Source: Macrostomum lignano
Taxonomy: Eukaryota
DNA: 64,000 bases
Direction: 5' to 3'
Assembly (NCBI GenBank): GCA_002269645.1
Contig: NIVC01001309.1
Coordinates: forward strand, 1 to 64,000
The notes under the pieces were generated by a model. That model did not search any database, was not told the origin of the DNA, and saw nothing but the letters and a program-made list of their open reading frames with translations. A program made the position numbers and the translations under genes. Each line of letters starts with the position of its first letter. Within the stretch, counting starts at the first letter, position 1. Shown here one piece after another: positions 40,085-52,954 of the stretch.

Positions 40085-40490
40085 GAAATCCCTAGCAACG
40101 GTTGTTAGGTGTTATTTCTTAGAAAGTCCCTAGCAACGATTGTCAGGTATGATTTCTTAGAAAATCCCTAGCAGCGGTTGTCAGGTATGATTTCTTAGAA
40201 AATCCCTAGCAGCGGTTGTCAGGTATGATTTCTTAGAAAATCCCTAGCAGCGGTTGTCAGGTGTGATTTCTTAGAAAATCCCTAGCAGCGGTTGTCAGGT
40301 GTGATTTCTTAGAAAATCCCTAGCAGCGGTTGTCAGATGTGATTTCTTAGAAAATCCCTAGCAGCGGTTGTCAGGTGTGATTTCTTAGAAAATCCCTAGC
40401 AACGGTTTTAAGGTATGATTTCATACAAAATGTCTAGCAACGGTTGTCAGGTAAGATTCTACAATCACGAACCTGCCCAGCAACGGTTGA
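40085..40490. repeat. 38-bp minisatellite (CCTAGCAGCGGTTGTCAGGTATGATTTCTTAGAAAATC)
   Basis: About 10 copies, degenerate at both ends. Confidence 0.94.
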
Positions 40491-41104
40491 TAAGGTAAGT
40501 TTATGAGTTACCTTCTTAGAAAATATAATAAATGGTCACATTTGTTTTAAAGAACAATTTTCTCTTGAGGAATAATTTTTGACAAAAATGAAAAACAATA
40601 ATAAAATATTTAGATTATAACAGACAATAGTCTAAATATCGATTCCGTAATATTGTGATAAATGAGCTGAGCAAACAAATTAAAATTTATCTGATTTTTC
40701 AAGGACTAAGATAAGTAATGTATTAGGGGGCATTCACGACATCAAAAAACAGATAAAATTACGTGTACTTTGCAACAAGCAAGGTCCCAAAAACAAAACA
40801 GTTTGATAGTTTTTTTTTTAAATTAAACTTTTCGAAAAAATGTAATTAATATAACAAAAATTATCGCCGCAACGAACTGATCAAGCAAGTTCGAGAGAGA
40901 TAAGACGCGTGCAAAAATATGCTTTTGATCAATTAAAAAAAACGACGCAATTATTCAATGAACAATGGGCTCTTTATAACAGCATCTGGGCAAAAGATGA
41001 AGAGGTGGAGTCTGGGGTGATTTCGAATAAACTTCGAGAAAGCATTTTGCCTGATAGCTTATGCGAGACAGCTAGCTACCAAGATTTTTAGCGATTGTCC
41101 TTTC

Positions 41105-43060
41105 TCAATCAGATTTCAATCAGGTTTCAGTCAGATTTCAGTCAGATTTCAGTCAGATGTCAGTCAGATGTCAGTCAGATGTCAGTCAGGATTCATTTAG
41201 ATCTCAATCAGGATTCAGTCAAATGTCAGTCAGGATTCAGTCTGGATTCAGTCAGATGTCATTCAGATCTCATTCAGGATTCAGTCAGATGTCAGTCAGG
41301 ATTCAGTCTGGATTCAGTCAGATGTCATTCAGATCTCATTCAGGATTCAGTCAGATGTCAGTCAGGATTCAGTCTGGATTCAGTCAGATGTCATTCAGAT
41401 CTCAATTAGGATTCAGTCAGATGTCAGTCAGGATTCAGTCTGGATTCAGTCAGGATTCAGTCAGATGTCATTCAGATCTCAATCAGGATTCAGTCAAATG
41501 TCAGTCAGGATTCAGTCAGGATTCAGTCAGATGTCATTCAGATCTCAATTAGGATTCAGTCAGATGTCAGTCAGGATTCAGTCAGGATTCAGTCAGATGT
41601 CAGTCAGGATTCAGTCAGGATTCAGTCAGATGTCATTCAGGATTCAGTCGGATGTCATTCAGGATTCAGTCAGATGTCAGTCAGGATTCAGTCTGATGTC
41701 AGTCAGATTTCAGTCAGATGTCAGTCAGGATTCAGTCAGATGTCAGTCAGATGTCAGTCAGATGTCAGTCAGGATTCATTTAGATCTCAGTCAGGATTCA
41801 GTCAAATGTCAGTCAAGATTCAGTCTGGATTCAGTCAGATGTCAGTCAGGATTCAGTCAGGATTCAGTCAGATGTCATTCAGGATTCAGTCTGATGTCAT
41901 TCAGGATTCAGTCAGATGTCATTCAGGATTCAGTCAGATGTCAGTCAGATTTCAGTCAGATGTCAGTCAGGATTCAGTCGGATGTCATTCAGGATTCAGT
42001 CTGATGTCATTCAGGATTCAGTCAGATGTCATTCAGGATTCAGTCAGATGTCAGTCAGATTTCAGTCAGGATTCAGTCGGATGTCATTCAGGATTCAGTC
42101 AGATGTCAGTCAGGATTCAGTCAGATGTCATTCAGGATTCAGTCAGATGTCATTCAGGATTCAGTCAGATGTCATTCAGGATTCAGTCAGATGTCAGTCA
42201 GGATTCAGTCAGGATTCAGTCGGATGTCATTCAGGATTCAGTCAGATGTCAGTCAGGATTCAGTCAGATGTCAGTCAGGATTCAGTCGGATGTCATTCAG
42301 GATTCAGTCAGATGTCATTCAGGATTCAGTCAGATGTCAGTCAGGATTCAGTCAGATGTCATTCAGGATTCAGTCAGATGTCATTCAGGATTCAGTCAGA
42401 TGTCAGTCAGGATTCAGTCAGATGTCATTCAGGATTCAGTCAGATGTCAGTCAGGATTCAGTCAGATGTCAGTCAGGATTCAGTCAGATGTCATTCAGGA
42501 TTCAGTCAGATGTCATTCAGGATTCAGTCAGATGTCATTCAGGATTCAGTCAGATGTCAGTCAGGATTCAGTCAGATGTCATTCAGGATTCAGTCAGATG
42601 TCATTCAGGATTCAGTCAGATGTCATTCAGGATTCAGTCAGATGTCATTCAGGATTCAGTCAGATGTCATTCAGGATTCAGTCAGATGTCATTCAGGATT
42701 CAGTCAGATGTCATTCAGGATTCAGTCAGATGTCAGTCAGGATTCAGTCAGATGTCATTCAGGATTCAGTCAGATGTCATTCAGGATTCAGTCAGATGTC
42801 ATTCAGGATTCAGTCAGATGTCAGTCAGGATTCAGTCAGGATTCAGTCGGATGTCATTCAGGATTCAGTCAGATGTCAGTCAGGATTCAGTCAGATGTCA
42901 GTCAGATATCAGTCAGATGTCAGTCAGGATTCATTTAGATCTCAGTCAGGATTCAGTCAGATGTCATTCAGGATTCAGTCAGATGTCAGTCAGATTTCAG
43001 TCAGATGTCAGTCAGATTTCAGTCAGATGTCAGTCAGGATTCAGTCTGATTTCATTCAGG
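41105..43060. repeat. 11-bp-based satellite (TCAGTCAGATG / TCAGTCAGGAT / TCATTCAGGAT)
   Basis: About 2 kb, starting just beyond the GPCR stop codon. Confidence 0.97.
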
Positions 43061-43074
43061 GTCACATGTCCCAG

Positions 43075-46000
43075 TTAATCCTCAGTAGACACCATCGCCA
43101 CAGCCACAGGCGCGGAGGTCGCTGCCAGGGTTGTCTCCGCTGTGCCTTCGTCTGTGGGCGTCGCACTCTTGTCAGGAGACTGCGACCTGACGTGTTCCAG
43201 ACTCTCGATTTCGTCATCAGCTGGTCGAATCAGCTGCGATTCGTGATGCTGCTGCTGAAGCTGTTTCAGCTCCATGCAGGACTCATCCACTCGGACACCC
43301 AGCTCAGCCTTGTCTGCAGACAGCTTGACCAGCCTCCTCTTGCCAATGGCATCCGCTTCATCAATAATGTTGGTCTGATTTTTTCGGCTACGCCGATTGC
43401 GACGAAATATTCGATCAAATTCCGAGCGAAAGTTCTCGCTGAAGAAGCCGTGCAGGGCGGGGTTGGCGCAGGCGGACAGCAGCAGGAGCAGCAAGCAGCC
43501 GCCCTGCAGCATCGGGATGTTGAAGATGTCGGAGCCTTCGCTGCTGCCACCGCCAACTCCAGCGCCGCCTCCAGTGGTACCACCGCCGCCGCCGCTGTTA
43601 TTGAAGTTGATCTTCAGCGACTGCACCCTCAGCGTGGCCACGTCCATGTAGATGTTCTGGATAGTCAGCGGGCACCAGCTGACTGCGAACTGGCCGACGG
43701 TCAGCACCAGCAGCAGCTTGGCCCGGGTCTGCTTCCGATGCTCCCGACGGGATCGGCGTCGGCGATACTCGGACGTCGACCGGCTCGGCTGCCGGATGCT
43801 GGGATGCCGGCGCTGCATCACCCGGCCGATTCTGGCGTAGGCAACCAGCAGGACCGTCAGCGGGATGAGGAACTGGACGGCCAGGGTCACGCAGCTGTAG
43901 GCCAGCTTCAGCGAGGTGCCCAGGCCGGCGCCGGTGTCCTCGGAGCACAGGTACACCCGGCGACTGGAGAAGCCGCGGTTCTGCGTCAGCTTAGCCAGCC
44001 AGGCCAGCGGCGAGGCCATCAGCAGGCCGAGGCCCCAGATCAGCAGCACGAAAGCTTTGAGTCGGCTTCGGGATACCCGACTGGTGGACGGATGGACGAT
44101 GGCCTGCGAATGTTTTCCGGTTGGGTTGAATGAAGTTTGAGCAGCTGTACATGTAGTCAGCCGAAATTTATCGTGAATTCCAAAGCTGACTGTCGCTCCT
44201 CGACCCGCACCATTCATTTGGGGCTTGTGTGCACTAAAAGCTACTGACGTGCGATTCGCAACCCCCAAGGCACGGAGAGTGTACATCCCTGACGATCAGA
44301 AAGTCAGGGCCACTGTACACACTGTGTGAGCGTGGGTGTGAGTTCGTACAGTATGCGTTCAGGAGTCAGCGGAGTTGGCCGATGCGACCAAACTGTGTGA
44401 AGGACCTCCGAACCTCTCTGACTGGATCCCGCGCGATTGCTCTGGCGCATGGCAGTTGAAAAAATCCATTGAGATCAATTCGATTGTCAGCTTCCTTCAT
44501 CGAAATTTCTTGAATATCCTCAAGCCGTCCATATCGTGCCAGAAAGAAAATTCGGATCGTTTTTCCCCCGAACAGAAATCACTCGTGACTCGTGACGAGA
44601 AGGAGCTCTGAGGGGAAGCCGCTGACCAGCGGGCTACAGCGACTGATGAGGCAGTTTTAAATACACAGGGGTCGGGCAGACCTCATCTGGACTCAATCAA
44701 GAGGATTCCATCAAAGCAGCCCCTCGTCTACTGTCCCAGCATCCATGCAATCTGTCGTCGTCATCAGATTAGAAAGAGTAAATCCCAACGCGCACACCAT
44801 GTGGGGCAGAAGGCCAAAACTGGATTGTGAGCTTCTACGCACGCGAAATCTGTCAGATGGGAGGGCAGGGCGGAGGACGCTGTGAATTAATTACAACCGA
44901 TTGGAGGAGGGCCCAGCGTCTGTCAGAGCCCAGAGTCGGGCCGGTCCACAGAGAGAGAGAGGGAAACGGAAAAGCGGGGAAGAGAACTGCAACAAAATCC
45001 TATGGGTCGAGCTAGGTCCTTCCTCTATAGTTTAGGCTCAAAAAAGAATTAGAACGAGTCTCGGAAAAGCAGGCTATGCTTCATGGCGTCCCATTAACAT
45101 TAATATATGTTAAAATTATTACGTACTGGACACCAAAGTCTACACACTTAGCAGACACCCTAGTGGACAGTCCGATGGACACCATATAGTGGACAATCTG
45201 CAGATGGACACCCTATAGTGGACAATCTAATGGACACCCTATAGTGGACAATCTAATGGACACCCTATAGTGGACAATCTAATGGACACCCTATAGTGGA
45301 CAATCTAATGGACACCCTATAGTGGACAATCTAATGGACACCCTATAGTGGACAATCTAATGGACACCCTATAGTGGACAATCTAATGGACACCCTATAA
45401 TGGATCGACGAGTTGATGGACACCCTAGGAGACGAGTTGATGGATAACCTAGGAGACGATTTGGTGGATAACCTAGGAGACGAGTTGATGGACACCCTAG
45501 GAGACGAGTTGATGGATAACCTAGGAGACGATTTGGTGGATAACCTAGAAGACGAGTTGATGGATAACCTAGGAGACGATTTGGTGGATAACCTAGGAGA
45601 CGAGTTGATGGATAACCTAGGAGACGATTTGGTGGATAACCTAGTAGACGATTTGGTGGATAACCTAGGAGACGATTTGGTGGATAACCTAGAAGACGAT
45701 TTGATGGATAACCTAGGAGACGATTTGGTGGATAACCTAGAAGACGATTTGATGGATAACCTAGTAGACGAGTTGATGGATAACCTAGTAGACGAGTTGA
45801 TGGACACCTAGTAGACGAGTTGATGGATAACCTAGTAGACGAGTTGATGGATAACCTAGTAGACGAGTTGATGGATAACCTAGTAGACGAGTTGATGGAT
45901 AACCTAGTAGACGAGTTGATGGATAACCTAGTAGACGAGTTGATGGATAACCTAGTAGACGAGTTGATGGATAACCTAGTGGAAAATCTGATGAAGATTT

Positions 46001-46599
46001 AAATCTAAACTCAAATGGACACCCTTTGTTGACACCCTACTGGACACCATAGAGCTGACATTTAAATGTCAATATTCGTGGACTATTAACGACCAAGCAA
46101 CCAAGGTAACCTCGGTTTTACTCTTTGTTTGACTACAAGTCAGCGCTCTGTTCTAAGAATGGACATATCAACTCACGTGGAATCTGTCCAGTGCTATTGC
46201 GCTAACGGAGAACGTGGACACGAACAGGTTCACGCCGGTGAGCAAATTGCCCAGCTTGCACAAAGCGCTGCCATAGAGCCATCCGTAATGAGGCTGCAAC
46301 AGTCGGAGCAGGTTCAACGGTTGAGTGACCACACAGAGCAACAGATCGGAACAAGCCAAATTCAACACGAATGCGTAATGCGACGAGGTTCGTAGTTCGC
46401 GTCGTGAGCAGACGACTCCAATTAGTAGAAGGTTGAGAAAAGCGCCGAGAAGTATGAGGATGGCGAACGCTCCGGCAAGGCAGAGCATCGGCGGGAGTCG
46501 CTGGCGCTGCATCGCCAGGGTGCCCTCCTCGATGGTCTCGATCACGCTGGTGAGATTGGTGAAGTTCATGCACTTGTAGAACCTGTAGTAGTCGTACAT
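43075..46599 (-). CDS. Class A neuropeptide GPCR, NPY/NPF/RFamide-receptor-like; exons complement(46177-46599, 43075-44103)
   Basis: Phase-0 GT-AG intron joins DRFH to AIVHP. TM1 GAFLN, TM2 NLACSDLLLCV, ECL1 W.YG..LC, TM3 FVSTFSVSAIALDRF, TM4 IW....LMASP, ECL2 Cys, TM5 QFLIP....YARI, TM6 FAVSWCPL, TM7 SACANPALH, helix 8 FFSENFRSEF. The start could be Met at 46599 or 46665, or lie in an upstream exon. Confidence 0.93.
45165..45980. repeat. 26-bp array (GTGGACAATCTAATGGACACCCTATA) followed by a related 24-bp array (GACGAGTTGATGGATAACCTAGGA), in the GPCR intron
   Basis: The switch occurs at ~45400. Confidence 0.95.
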
Positions 46600-47539
46600 G
46601 CTCAGCGGCGGCTCGCCCTCCCTGGGCAGCGGCAGCAGGTGCAGACATGGGTTTCTAACTAGCATAGTTTGAACCGATGAATGGCTTCTATTCTTGGAGT
46701 TCTTGTGTTCTCTGTTGGCTTCGTCTGCTTTGAAGTTTTCAGGCAATGCTTTTATTAGCTAGTGAGAGGGGGGGGGTAAAACTCTCAAAGAAACAAAGGA
46801 GAAGGTACCGGGGGGCTCGCACCGCGCTTCGCTGCTCTAGCTAATAAGGGGAAAGAGTCACGGGAAAAAGGGCGGACGCGGGCGGGATTTGATTGAGCCG
46901 CAGGGATCGCTGTCCCCAGAGCTCTGGTTGGCTGGCTGCAGAGTTTGGACCCGGGGAGAATCTGAGAGCCCCATCAGCAGAGGGAGAGGGACAGAGAGGA
47001 AGCCTCTTGGAAGGCCTAGCAGTGCAGCTTCTGCAACTTCGGCTTCTGTCTTGTCTTGAAGAGCCAAGGAAAACGATTGGAGAGGAGCGACATGGAGAGA
47101 GAGGGAGAGGAGAACGCGTTGAGTCTTCAAAGCAGACTGCGTAGGCGGGAGGAAGGACAGGGTTATCAGCTCAAAGAGAGGTGAAATGCAAAGATTTTTT
47201 GACGCTGAGAGCCGCAGCTGCGTCGCGAAAATTAGAGGCGTTTTTTTCGTTTTTCCTTTCAGAGTCTGCTTTACAACGAAAAGCCGGAAAAAAGAAACTA
47301 AGAAAGCTGATGCTGATTATAGGGATAAATTGGTGTGGAAGCTGTCTTCAATTAGCCCGCCAGTATACATAGGCCTACCGCTGAAGGACGGAACAGAGAC
47401 CTCTTAGCGCTCTCTACGAGAATGCCTGAAGGACATCATCCCACATGTACATGTAATGGGCCATAGAAGACATACTGAACACCCAAGTCTAAAACCGTCA
47501 GTAGATGCTCTAAAAAACACACGAACGAATACTTTAGAG

Positions 47540-48170
47540 GACACCCTATAGTGGATAATCCAATGGACACCCTATATTGGTGGACAATCTGATAGACACC
47601 CTTATAGTGGACAATCTAATGGACACCCTATATTGGTGGACAATCTGATAGACACCCTTATAGTCGACAATCTAATGGACAACCTATAGTGGTAGATAAA
47701 TCTGATAGACACCCTTATAGTGGACAATCTAATAGACGCCCTTATAGTGGACAATCTATTAGACACCCTATAGTGGACAATCTAATGGACATGGACACTA
47801 TCGTTGACAATCTCATGGACACTCTATCGTGGACAATCTAATGGACATGGACACTATCGTTGACAATCTCATGGACACTCTATCGTGGACAATCTAATGG
47901 ACACTCTATCGTGGACAATCTAATGGACACTCTATCGTGGACAATCTAATGGACACTCTATCGTGGACAATCTAATGGACACCCTATAGTGGACAATCTA
48001 ATGGACATGGACACTATCGTGGACAATCTAATGGACACTCTATCGTGGACAATCTAATGGACACTCTATCGTGGACAATCTAATGGACACTCTATCGTGG
48101 ACAATCTAATGGACATGGACACTATCGTGGACAATCTAATGGACACCCTATTGTGGACATATTCGTGGAC
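47540..48170. repeat. Second array of the 26-bp GTGGACAATCTAATGGACAC family
   Basis: Same unit and orientation as 45165-45395. Both arrays are followed by ATATTCGTGGACT...AACGAC..AGCAACCAA. Confidence 0.93.
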
Positions 48171-48814
48171 TCAATTTGGACACCAAAAAGCGTAAGTCAT
48201 ATGTAAATATTCTTGGACTTGCAACGACTGAGCAACCAAAAAATGTTTCTTTAGTCGAGCACTGACTCAGCTGCTATAGGTATGTTATTTACACCTGGTT
48301 GGATACTTCAACTTCATCAATCTATCGTTATCTCGCGGGTGCCATGTAATTATTTCGGCACTATAATCCGGATTAGGAAATATTATAATTAATATCCATC
48401 CAACCAGCCGAGAGGCTGTGCAGTGGCGCCTACGGTGTAATTAATTATCGACTGAGGAGCTACCTGTGACTAAAAAAAATAGTGCGACTTTATTTGCCCG
48501 AAAGAGTCTCGTAAACTTCTCTGAATATGGAAAAAACAAAATTATACTTTAAATTTAGACTCTTTCTAGAACGCTAAACATGAAAGAGTAGTTTGTCCTT
48601 AGACTATAGCTAGTGAAGAACTGGCTTAATGTGATTTAAATGCATATGGCTCTTTTGGCTATAAACAGTTTTTGTTGAAATTTGATCCTTTTGAACAAAA
48701 ACAGTTCACCGAGAACACGCAGATGAAAAGTGCGTCTCATAAATAATTAGCAAGAGGGAACCTTTATGACCAGCCTCAATGACCAAATAGGAGAGTCTAT
48801 ATGACCAACAAGCA

Positions 48815-49395
48815 GGAGGAGAGAGCCTTTATGACCAAGCAGGAGTAGAGAGCCTCTATGACCAAGCAGGAGCTGAGAGTCTCTATGACCAAGCAGGAGT
48901 AGAGAGCCTCTATGACCAAGCAGGAGCTGAGAGTCTCTATGACCAAGCAGGAGCTGAGAGCCTAGCTCTATGACCAAGCAGGAGGAGAGAGCCTCTATGA
49001 CCAAGCAGGAGGAGAGAGCCTCTATGACCAAGCAGGAGCTGAGAGTCTCTATGACCAAGCAGGAGGAGAGAGTCTCTATGACCAAGCAGGAGCTGAGAGC
49101 CTCTATGAGCAAGCAGGAGCTGAGAGCCTCTATGACCAAGCAGGAGGAGAGAGCCTCTATGACCAAGCAGGAGCTGAGAGTCTCTATGACCAAGCAGGAT
49201 CTGAGAGCCTCTATGACTTAGCAGGAGAGAGCCGGCCTTTATGACCAAGCAGGAGCTGAGAGTCTCTATGACTTAGCAGGAGAGAGCCGGCCTTTATGAC
49301 TAAGCAGGAGCTGAGAGTCTCTATGACCAAGCAGGATCTGAGAGCCTCTATGACTTAGCAGGAGAGAGCCGGCCTTTATGACCAAGCAGGAAGGA
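48815..49395. repeat. 27-bp minisatellite (TATGACCAAGCAGGAGCTGAGAGCCTC)
   Basis: About 21 copies. Confidence 0.95.
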
Positions 49396-49549
49396 AACGA
49401 AGAGCCGCTATGACCAAATGCTATGACCAATATCAGAATGTCATGTTCCATCGTAGAGATTAATCTACTGTATGACAAAATACACGTAGTGCCCGCTTCG
49501 ACGAAGCAGGCAACAGGTCATGCAAGCTTGTCCTCTGAATAAGCTACTT

Positions 49550-51758
49550 TGATGTAACCACGCTCTGGTCGCGGGATAGGGCATGGGAACTTTTTCGTAA
49601 GTGCCTCCTATCCCGTGTACCCCCCTGCACAGAGCCGTCGAGACTCGGCCAGGTTTCCGACCAGGCCTGGAGACTCCCGCTCTGCTGCACCCCCCTGCTG
49701 CCTTGGTTCCGTCTCCCCTGCCGCCACACCTGCCTTCCCGGAGCTCCCTGTCCCTCTCTGTACCCTCCCCTCTACCTTATCTCCCCTGCACTCCACCCTA
49801 TTCTTCTTGTACTTTCCCTATCCCCCTCTTTTTGTCTCTCTCTGCACTCTTTTCTTGCGCTGTCCCCTCTTTCTCTACGTCTACTTACAGTATGTTGTGT
49901 GCTCACCGTCCTCCCATCCTTTCCCAAACTCCCAAACGGTGACGCAAGTCGTGTGACCCCTTCTTCCCCCCGATGACTCATCGATGACTCACCCCCCTCT
50001 CTTGCGCAACCTTTTCTCATGCCATTGTTCTCCTCCCCAAATTTCTCATGCGACACCCACCCCACCTCCGCTTCTATTGTTCTCGTTTTTGATTCTTTTG
50101 TTCTCTCGACCCCCACCAATATCACATTTTCTCCGATTTTCTCTTTCTTTTGTTCTCGTTTTCGCACCTAATTATCACCTTTTCCCCAATGTTTACGTTT
50201 CCATTGTTCTCAGTTCTCCCCAATTATCCCCGATTTCCAATTCCTTTGTTCTCGACCCCAGCCCTATTGTTCTCAATGTTTGCTTGCGCAACACTTTCGC
50301 GACCACCCGCTGCGCCAATTATCCCCCCACCCCACCTCCGGATTGCGCAATTTCCCGATTTCTCATGTTGCTATGCCGGTCTCATGCTTCTCATCATGAC
50401 TCATTCTGACGTCATTCTGCCGGCAGCCAATCAGAGAGAGGGAGCCATGGTAACGACCTTGAGGAGGCGGCTGTGAGGTCTATAAAAGGAAGCGATTTCG
50501 GCATGAGAATCCAAAAACTCTTCCTCTCCTCGTCCTTCTTTGGACTTGCTGTCAGATTGAGTTCTGACCCATTCGTCTATAAGACGAATCCCTGCCGGTC
50601 CGCGGTCTGTTACCGCTAAGTTATCTTCAGCTCCCCAAGTGAGCTCGCCTATCGGCCCGCGGTCTGAAACCGCCCAGCATCATCAGCATCGCCTGACCTA
50701 CATCAGCGCCTCGTCGCTTCAGCGCACCGCCGCTTCACTGTCTGCTGGACTGCAACCTACAGCCGCCCTCGGTCACTCCGCCTCTCTCTCTCTCTGTGCA
50801 TCTGCCGGTAAGTTCCTATTACTGATTTGTGCTCCAATTGCCTTTGCTTATCCGGAGTCTGCCTATTTGTCCATTGTCTGATTAGAGAGCTGAGCCAGTT
50901 GTAATACCGTATCTTTTGCTGTATTTTTTACCTAATAGTGAAGCCGCCTAATTGCCTGATTATTCGCCTAAGGGCCTAATTATTAACTATTAACTAACTC
51001 CATCATTATTCACTCTTTCACCATCATTTCACTCATGGCTTGCTAAGCCTTTCTCCCGGGGTGGCAAAGCATAAGGAAGTTTGGGTAAGCTAATGGCCTC
51101 TCCCCGTGCAAAGCCCGCCTGTAAGTGCGTGCTTCGGGGCCGCGTGTGCGTGCAGTAGAGGGATTAGCGAGTCTTGGCACAGAATGGCAGTAGGAAGGTT
51201 GCAACCCCATGCTGACGCGTCCCTTCGCCCTGAGCAATCTAAACTGTAGACAGTACATGTTCGCCTCATACTACTCTTAGTAATCAAGGTCGTAAGTCAG
51301 CCTCGCTCACAGCCACAAAGGATCCCCTGCTCAGAAATCCTCCAGGATTGAGCCCAGAGTTCCCGATCATGCCCCAAGCAGAGTCCCTGTACTCGGCTGC
51401 ATGTGTCTCCCCTGTTAGCCTAAATCTCCTGGTAACCATCCCAGGCGGGGCTCTAGCCTCGAGAGGTCTGGTAGAAAGATCCAGGTGCGCCAGGTCACAT
51501 AGAGTGGTGGCAGCCACTCGGTCATACTATGACCGAGTGACCAACTATTGCACCTTGGCTACAGGTGGGGGTCCATGTGGGTCCTTGGCCCTCTGGTCAC
51601 AAAGCGCTACCAAAGCTACCAATCATGTGGGCGGGACAGTCTGGTGCTGGAGGTCCGTCAGGTCATTGCCCGGTCATAGGCAGCCTACGGTCATTGCCCC
51701 CTCTAGTCATGCGTTCGTCTCTCTACGGAGCGGACAGGCGACAAGGGCGGTTACATCA
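49550..51758 (+). mobile_element. Solo-LTR-like element, 2209 bp
   Basis: TG...CA termini with a perfect 10-bp inverted repeat TGATGTAACC / GGTTACATCA. 4-bp TSD ACTT at 49546-49549 and 51759-51762. Composition differs from the flanks, it contains an internal promoter cluster, and no recognisable TE protein is encoded. Confidence 0.75.
50397..50487 (+). promoter_or_regulatory. Pol II promoter cluster inside the solo LTR
   Basis: TGACTCA (AP-1) at 50397-50403, TGACGTCA (CRE) at 50407-50414, CCAAT at 50427-50431 and TATAAAA at 50481-50487, in canonical order and spacing. Confidence 0.7.
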
Positions 51759-52954
51759 ACTTCAGAAATATATTTAAATATAATGTACATGCAAATTACA
51801 CTACATTTACTGTGTGATTATGAATGTATAAAATCGATGAGTCGGAAATCTGATCAAGATCTTACACGCATGGGAAAATTTTAGCCGGATCGAGATGTGG
51901 AGAAAATCTAATTATTTTTCGATGTTATATTATATTAACACTGTTACAAAGTTCTCAGTGAAAAGTTTAGTAGCAGCGAAAGGAGTTTTTGTGCTGATTG
52001 ATAATGTCAAAATCGATCCGGTTCGGATTTCAACATGCATGCCGTACTGCATGTACGAGCTTCATGATCGTGCACGCATGTAATTAAAATGCGAAAATAC
52101 ATATGAATTCGCTCTGTACAGTACATGTACATATGTATATTGAATTACATTTTGATCATGATACTTGTTGCAAGCTAGAATACTACATGTGTATAAGCAA
52201 ATCATAGCGACTTTTTGTTTATGTAGACCCTTTATGTGTAAATGTAAATTATTTTACATGTGCATGTATAATTCTCATAGTCAATTCTCGCATTATCACG
52301 CAAATATCTGTTAGTGCGATATCGCAATATCTACAAACTATCACTATGTCATTAAAATTGGTACATGTGTACATGTGTATGTGTATGTAATGTATGTGAT
52401 GTATATGTCACCCCATGTGTATATTTGCACGGACTTACACGGACTGCACTATGTAATTTTGAATGGCTTTTGGGTTCTCATGTTCTGTTGTGGAATTTCT
52501 ACACCATTCTTATTATTATACTAACCTGAGTGAGCTAAATTCAAGATAATTTACCCTCTGAACTTGTGATCAAAATTGGAGCTAAGAAAATATTGTAACA
52601 CCAGCAATATGGGTTCAAGTAGGTATGATGTTCAGCGTTTTATAATTAATTGTATAAATGTTATTCTGTATCTGTAAAGGCTTTTTAAAATAAACATACA
52701 TAATTTTTCTCAAAAATATTACCGTTTTATCTTTAATTTTACAACAAAAAACTCGGCAACATTTGTTAATCTTTCTGCTCAATGCTTCAATTGAAACGAA
52801 GAATGTTTGACTTGCATATTTCTGCATGCTTTTATATTTTTAAATTTACAGCTTTTACTTAAAGCTGTTTGTTTTTGTTGCTGACTTATAAAAATAGAAT
52901 TAGCATACTTGAATAGAATTTACTGCCTGCTTTGATTGTATTAAACCTATCACT

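Noticed and set aside
41674-44133. 819-aa plus-strand ORF
   Set aside because: The first half is the 11-bp satellite and the second half is the antisense shadow of GC-rich GPCR exon 2.
51348-51884. 178-aa ORF at the right end of the solo LTR
   Set aside because: It has a non-ATG start, no recognisable domain, and runs across the element boundary.
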